The position numbers were made by a program, and so were the translations under genes. A stretch of DNA of 64,000 bases, taken from an uncultured Bacilli bacterium. Lineage in GTDB: Bacteria > Bacillota_I > Bacilli_A > RF39 > UBA660. The notes beneath the pieces were generated by a model, which saw only the letters and a program-made list of their open reading frames with translations, was not told the DNA's origin and searched no databases. Location: assembly GCA_934153945.1 (NCBI GenBank), contig CAKPFM010000001.1, positions 72,128 to 136,127 of the forward strand, in the 5' to 3' direction. Below, piece by piece: positions 60,566-64,000 of this stretch. Within the stretch, counting starts at the first letter, position 1, and the number at the start of each line of letters is the position of its first letter.

Positions 60566-63454
60566 ATGATTATACCTTTTAATATTAAAACCGATGCATC
60601 TTTATTAAAAAGTTTAATAAAAATAGATGATTTAATTAATATTGCTAAAGAATATAATTATGAAGCATTAACTATTACAGATAACAAAATGTATAATGTT
60701 ATGTCTTTTTATCACAAATGTCTCATCTCTAATATTAAACCAATCATAGGAATAGAATTAACTATTAATAACAATACATTCTTATTATATGCAAAAGATA
60801 TATTTGGATATTATAATTTAGTAAGAATAACTAGTTTAGAAAATATAACTATAAATGATTTAACAAAAGATGGATTAATACTAATACTACCTTATAAAAG
60901 TTTTGAATTAAAAAATGAATTAAAACAAATTTTTGACGATATATATTATAGTTATGAAAATGTTTTTGAATATGAACAAATTAAAGATACTAAATGTATA
61001 TATGTCAATGAAATAAAAGCATTAACTTTAGAAGATACGGAATATTTATCATACTTAGATTCTATTAGAACAGGTGAAAGTTTAGAAATCAAATATAATG
61101 ATTACTATTTAAAAACTAAAGAAGAATTAAAGAAATTAGAAAAAAATATAAAATATCATGAAGAAATATATAATAAATGTAATGTAGAAATTAACCATAG
61201 AGATGATTTGTTACCTAAATTTAAATGTCCTGATAATGAAGATAATTTTAGCTATCTAAAAAAACTATGTTTGATTGGTGTTAAAAAAAAGTTAGGAGAA
61301 ACAGTACCTAAAATATATCAAGAAAGATTAAAATACGAATTAAATGTTATAAATGAAATGGGTTTTTGTAACTATTTTTTAATTGTTCAAGATTATGTTA
61401 AGTTTGCGAAAGAAAATGGTATATTAGTTGGACCAGGAAGAGGTAGTGCTGCTGGATCTTTAGTATCTTATGTACTAGATATTACCGATGTTGATCCAAT
61501 AAAATATAATTTATTATTTGAAAGATTTTTAAATAAAATGCGTGTTACAATGCCTGATATAGATATAGATTTTGAATTTATTAGAAGACAAGAAGTAATA
61601 AATTATTGTATTTCTAAATATGGAGAAAAAAAAGTAGCGGGTATTATTACTTTTGGTACATTAGCGTCAAAACAAGCTATTAGAGATGTAGGAAAAGTAC
61701 TTAATGTATCAGTAGATAAAATAGAACAATTAACTAAAAAAATAGATTCTAAATTAAATTTAAAAGACAATTTAAATAATATTAAACAATATTTAAATGA
61801 TAAAGAATTACTAAAAATATATAAAGTAGCTTCTAAAATAGAAGGATTAAAAAGACATACATCTATTCATGCTGCTGGAATAATAATATCTAATGTGGAT
61901 TTAAATCAAGTAGTACCTATTGAAAAAAAAGACAATATGTATGTTGTAGATTATAGTATGGAATATTTAGAAGAATTAGGATTATTAAAAATGGATTTTT
62001 TAGCTTTAAAAAATTTAACTACTATTCAAAATATACTAGATAGTATAAATAAGGAACAACAAGTAATTGATTTAAAAGATATTCCATTAAATGATTCTAA
62101 AACATTTGAACTATTTCAAAATGGTAATACATTAGGTATATTTCAATTTGAAAAACCAGGAATGATTAAATTTTTAAAAAAATTAAAACCAACTAATTTT
62201 GAGGATATATTTGCTGCTTTAGCTTTATATAGACCAGGACCAATGGATAATATAGATACTTATATAAAAAGAAAAGAAGGCAAAGAAAAAATTGATTATA
62301 TTGATGATTCAATTGAATATATATTAAAACCAACTTATGGAATAATAATATATCAAGAACAAATTATGCAGATAGCTTGTACACTTGCTGGTTATACATT
62401 AGGTGAAGCTGATATTTTAAGAAGAGCAATCAGTAAAAAGAAAAGTAATGTATTATTAGAAGAACAATCTAAATTTATAGAAAAAACTATTAATAATGGA
62501 CATTCAAAAGAAGTAGCAACTAAAGTATTTAATTATATTTTAAAATTTGCTTCATATGGATTTAATAGATCACATTCAGTAGCATATGCACTTCTATCAT
62601 ATAAAATGGCTTATTTAAAAGCTCATTACCATGAACACTTTATGAAATGTTTACTATCACAATCTATTGGTAGTTCAATTGATACAAGTAATTATATAGA
62701 TGAATGTAAAAATGAAAATATCAAAATATTAAATCCAAATATTAATGAAAGTACAAATAATTATATAGTAACTAATAATGGAATTTTATATCCTTTAAAT
62801 AATATTAAAAATATAGGATCATTAGTAGCAACCAGTATAATTGAAGAAAGAAAAAATGGATTATATAAAGATATATATGATTTTATAAAAAGAACTGATA
62901 GAAAAATAGTAAATAAAAAAGTTATAGAATCACTCATATTAGCAGGAACTTTTGATATATTTAAAATAAATAGAAAAACTTTAATTGATTCGATTGATAT
63001 AATAATAAATTATGGAGAAGTAATAAAATTAAATGATGACTATAATTTAAAACCAGTTTTAGAAGAAAAAAATGATTATACAACTAAAGAAAAAATGGAA
63101 CATGAACTTGATTTATTTGGCTTTTATTTATCATTTAATCCCGTTGTAGAAATAAGAAAAAAAATTCCAACAACAATATCATTGAAAAATATTGATACAT
63201 ATTTTGATAAAATTGTTGATGTTGTTGTAATGGTAGAAAATTATCGTGTTATAGAAAGTAAAAATAATACAAAGATGGCCTTTATTTTAGGTAGTGATGA
63301 ATTTAAAAAGATGGATTTTGTATTATTTTCAAATGTTTATGAAATAGCTCCGGAAATAAATAAAAATGATATAGTAATAATTAGAGGTAAAGTAGAAAAA
63401 AGATTTGATAAATATCAAATTATAGTAAGTAAAATTAAAAAAGTTAATTATTGA
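60566..63454 (+). CDS. dnaE: DNA polymerase III alpha subunit (DnaE-type), relatively short at 962 aa
   Basis: N-terminal PHP domain, then the Pol III alpha catalytic region (..FLIVQDYVKFAKENGILVGPGRGSAAGSLVSYVLDITDVDPI..MPDIDIDF..). Confidence 0.9.
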   Translation: MIIPFNIKTDASLLKSLIKIDDLINIAKEYNYEALTITDNKMYNVMSFYHKCLISNIKPIIGIELTINNNTFLLYAKDIFGYYNLVRITSLENITINDLTKDGLILILPYKSFELKNELKQIFDDIYYSYENVFEYEQIKDTKCIYVNEIKALTLEDTEYLSYLDSIRTGESLEIKYNDYYLKTKEELKKLEKNIKYHEEIYNKCNVEINHRDDLLPKFKCPDNEDNFSYLKKLCLIGVKKKLGETVPKIYQERLKYELNVINEMGFCNYFLIVQDYVKFAKENGILVGPGRGSAAGSLVSYVLDITDVDPIKYNLLFERFLNKMRVTMPDIDIDFEFIRRQEVINYCISKYGEKKVAGIITFGTLASKQAIRDVGKVLNVSVDKIEQLTKKIDSKLNLKDNLNNIKQYLNDKELLKIYKVASKIEGLKRHTSIHAAGIIISNVDLNQVVPIEKKDNMYVVDYSMEYLEELGLLKMDFLALKNLTTIQNILDSINKEQQVIDLKDIPLNDSKTFELFQNGNTLGIFQFEKPGMIKFLKKLKPTNFEDIFAALALYRPGPMDNIDTYIKRKEGKEKIDYIDDSIEYILKPTYGIIIYQEQIMQIACTLAGYTLGEADILRRAISKKKSNVLLEEQSKFIEKTINNGHSKEVATKVFNYILKFASYGFNRSHSVAYALLSYKMAYLKAHYHEHFMKCLLSQSIGSSIDTSNYIDECKNENIKILNPNINESTNNYIVTNNGILYPLNNIKNIGSLVATSIIEERKNGLYKDIYDFIKRTDRKIVNKKVIESLILAGTFDIFKINRKTLIDSIDIIINYGEVIKLNDDYNLKPVLEEKNDYTTKEKMEHELDLFGFYLSFNPVVEIRKKIPTTISLKNIDTYFDKIVDVVVMVENYRVIESKNNTKMAFILGSDEFKKMDFVLFSNVYEIAPEINKNDIVIIRGKVEKRFDKYQIIVSKIKKVNY

Positions 63455-63500
63455 TTTTATATTTATAATTGATATAATAAGCGTGATGGATGGTGGCAGT

Positions 63501-64000
63501 ATGAAAGATAAAGTTTTCGCTAAAGGGTTTTGTGTAGAAAAAGCATTTTTACTATTTGTAGCAGGTTGTATTATAGGAAATTATTATGAACAAATTTTAA
63601 ATTTAATTACTCATTATTATAATGATGGAACAATATTTTGGGAGTATAGAAGAGGGGTAATTTATGGACCATTTAGTCCAATATATGGTACCGGAATACT
63701 TTTATTTGTATTTCTTCTTACATTAAAACCTTTAAATAATTTAAAAATTTTCTTATATGGATCATTCATTGGTGGAGCATTTGAATATTTAGTAAGTTTT
63801 TTTCAGGAATTATTTGTTGGAACAACATCATGGAATTATACAGGATATTTTTTAAATATAAATGGTAGAACAACGATTCCTTTTATGATGTTTTGGGGAT
63901 TAGGAGCTTTATTTACAATAAAAATATTTTATCCATGGTTTTCTAATTTGATTGAAAAAATCCCATATAAAATAGGAAATTTTATTTATAAATTTCTTTT
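63501..64000 (+). CDS. polytopic membrane protein (partial, continues beyond the window)
   Basis: ATG after GGTGG. Hydrophobic TM segments. No stop before the window end. Confidence 0.5.
   Translation, partial: MKDKVFAKGFCVEKAFLLFVAGCIIGNYYEQILNLITHYYNDGTIFWEYRRGVIYGPFSPIYGTGILLFVFLLTLKPLNNLKIFLYGSFIGGAFEYLVSFFQELFVGTTSWNYTGYFLNINGRTTIPFMMFWGLGALFTIKIFYPWFSNLIEKIPYKIGNFIYKFL

Noticed and set aside
1-64000. Alternative genetic code (Mollicutes-like UGA=Trp), given the AT-richness and ribosomal gene order
   Set aside because: rpoB, rpoC, dnaE and both PBPs are intact long ORFs under the standard code, and PBPs imply a cell wall. The standard code is therefore used.
1-64000. CRISPR arrays, rRNA genes, integrases or IS transposases
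   Set aside because: I found no regularly spaced direct repeats, no rRNA-like sequence, and no tyrosine/serine recombinase or DDE transposase ORFs. Both tRNA islands appear to lack their integrases.

Overview
AT-rich, low-GC Firmicutes-type chromosomal segment, read with the standard genetic code (rpoB and rpoC are intact ~1200-codon ORFs). It is probably from the Erysipelotrichia/Clostridia group; this placement is inferred from gene content only. The left third is core housekeeping: the nusG 3' end, an extra small ORF, rplK-rplA, an L10-leader-like attenuator, rplJ-rplL, a ybxB-like methyltransferase, rpoB-rpoC with a terminator, two class B penicillin-binding proteins flanking a large pilin-like gene, archaeal-type proS, a decayed pilin pseudogene beside a short SsbB-like ssb, lspA-rluD, TspO, a rhomboid protease, an Rpn-family nuclease, two U32 peptidases, greA and tig. 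Two tRNA genes (Arg-CCT at 29962..30038, Gly-TCC at 47037..47110) are each followed by accessory DNA. The tRNA-Arg island (~30.0-41.2 kb) carries: two paralogous ~30-aa hydrophobic peptides on the minus strand with hairpins at the ribosome-binding site; a duplicated consensus-promoter small-RNA locus, one copy convergent with peptide 2 (a type I toxin-antitoxin-like arrangement); a truncated VTC gene, DUF4956 and a Cthe_2159-like beta-helix protein; an M16 peptidase pair; and a WYL regulator followed by a SIS-domain protein and a HAM1/RdgB-like protein. The tRNA-Gly island (~47.1-51.6 kb) shows a tandem duplication headed by a degenerate copy of the tRNA 3' end, an inverted 17-nt tRNA fragment and a full/truncated paralog pair. 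The right end is housekeeping again (LysR, coaE-coaD, MBL and PHP hydrolases, HD domain, degenerate GGDEF, YihY, rpmB, dnaE). I found no CRISPR array, rRNA, integrase or recognisable IS element.
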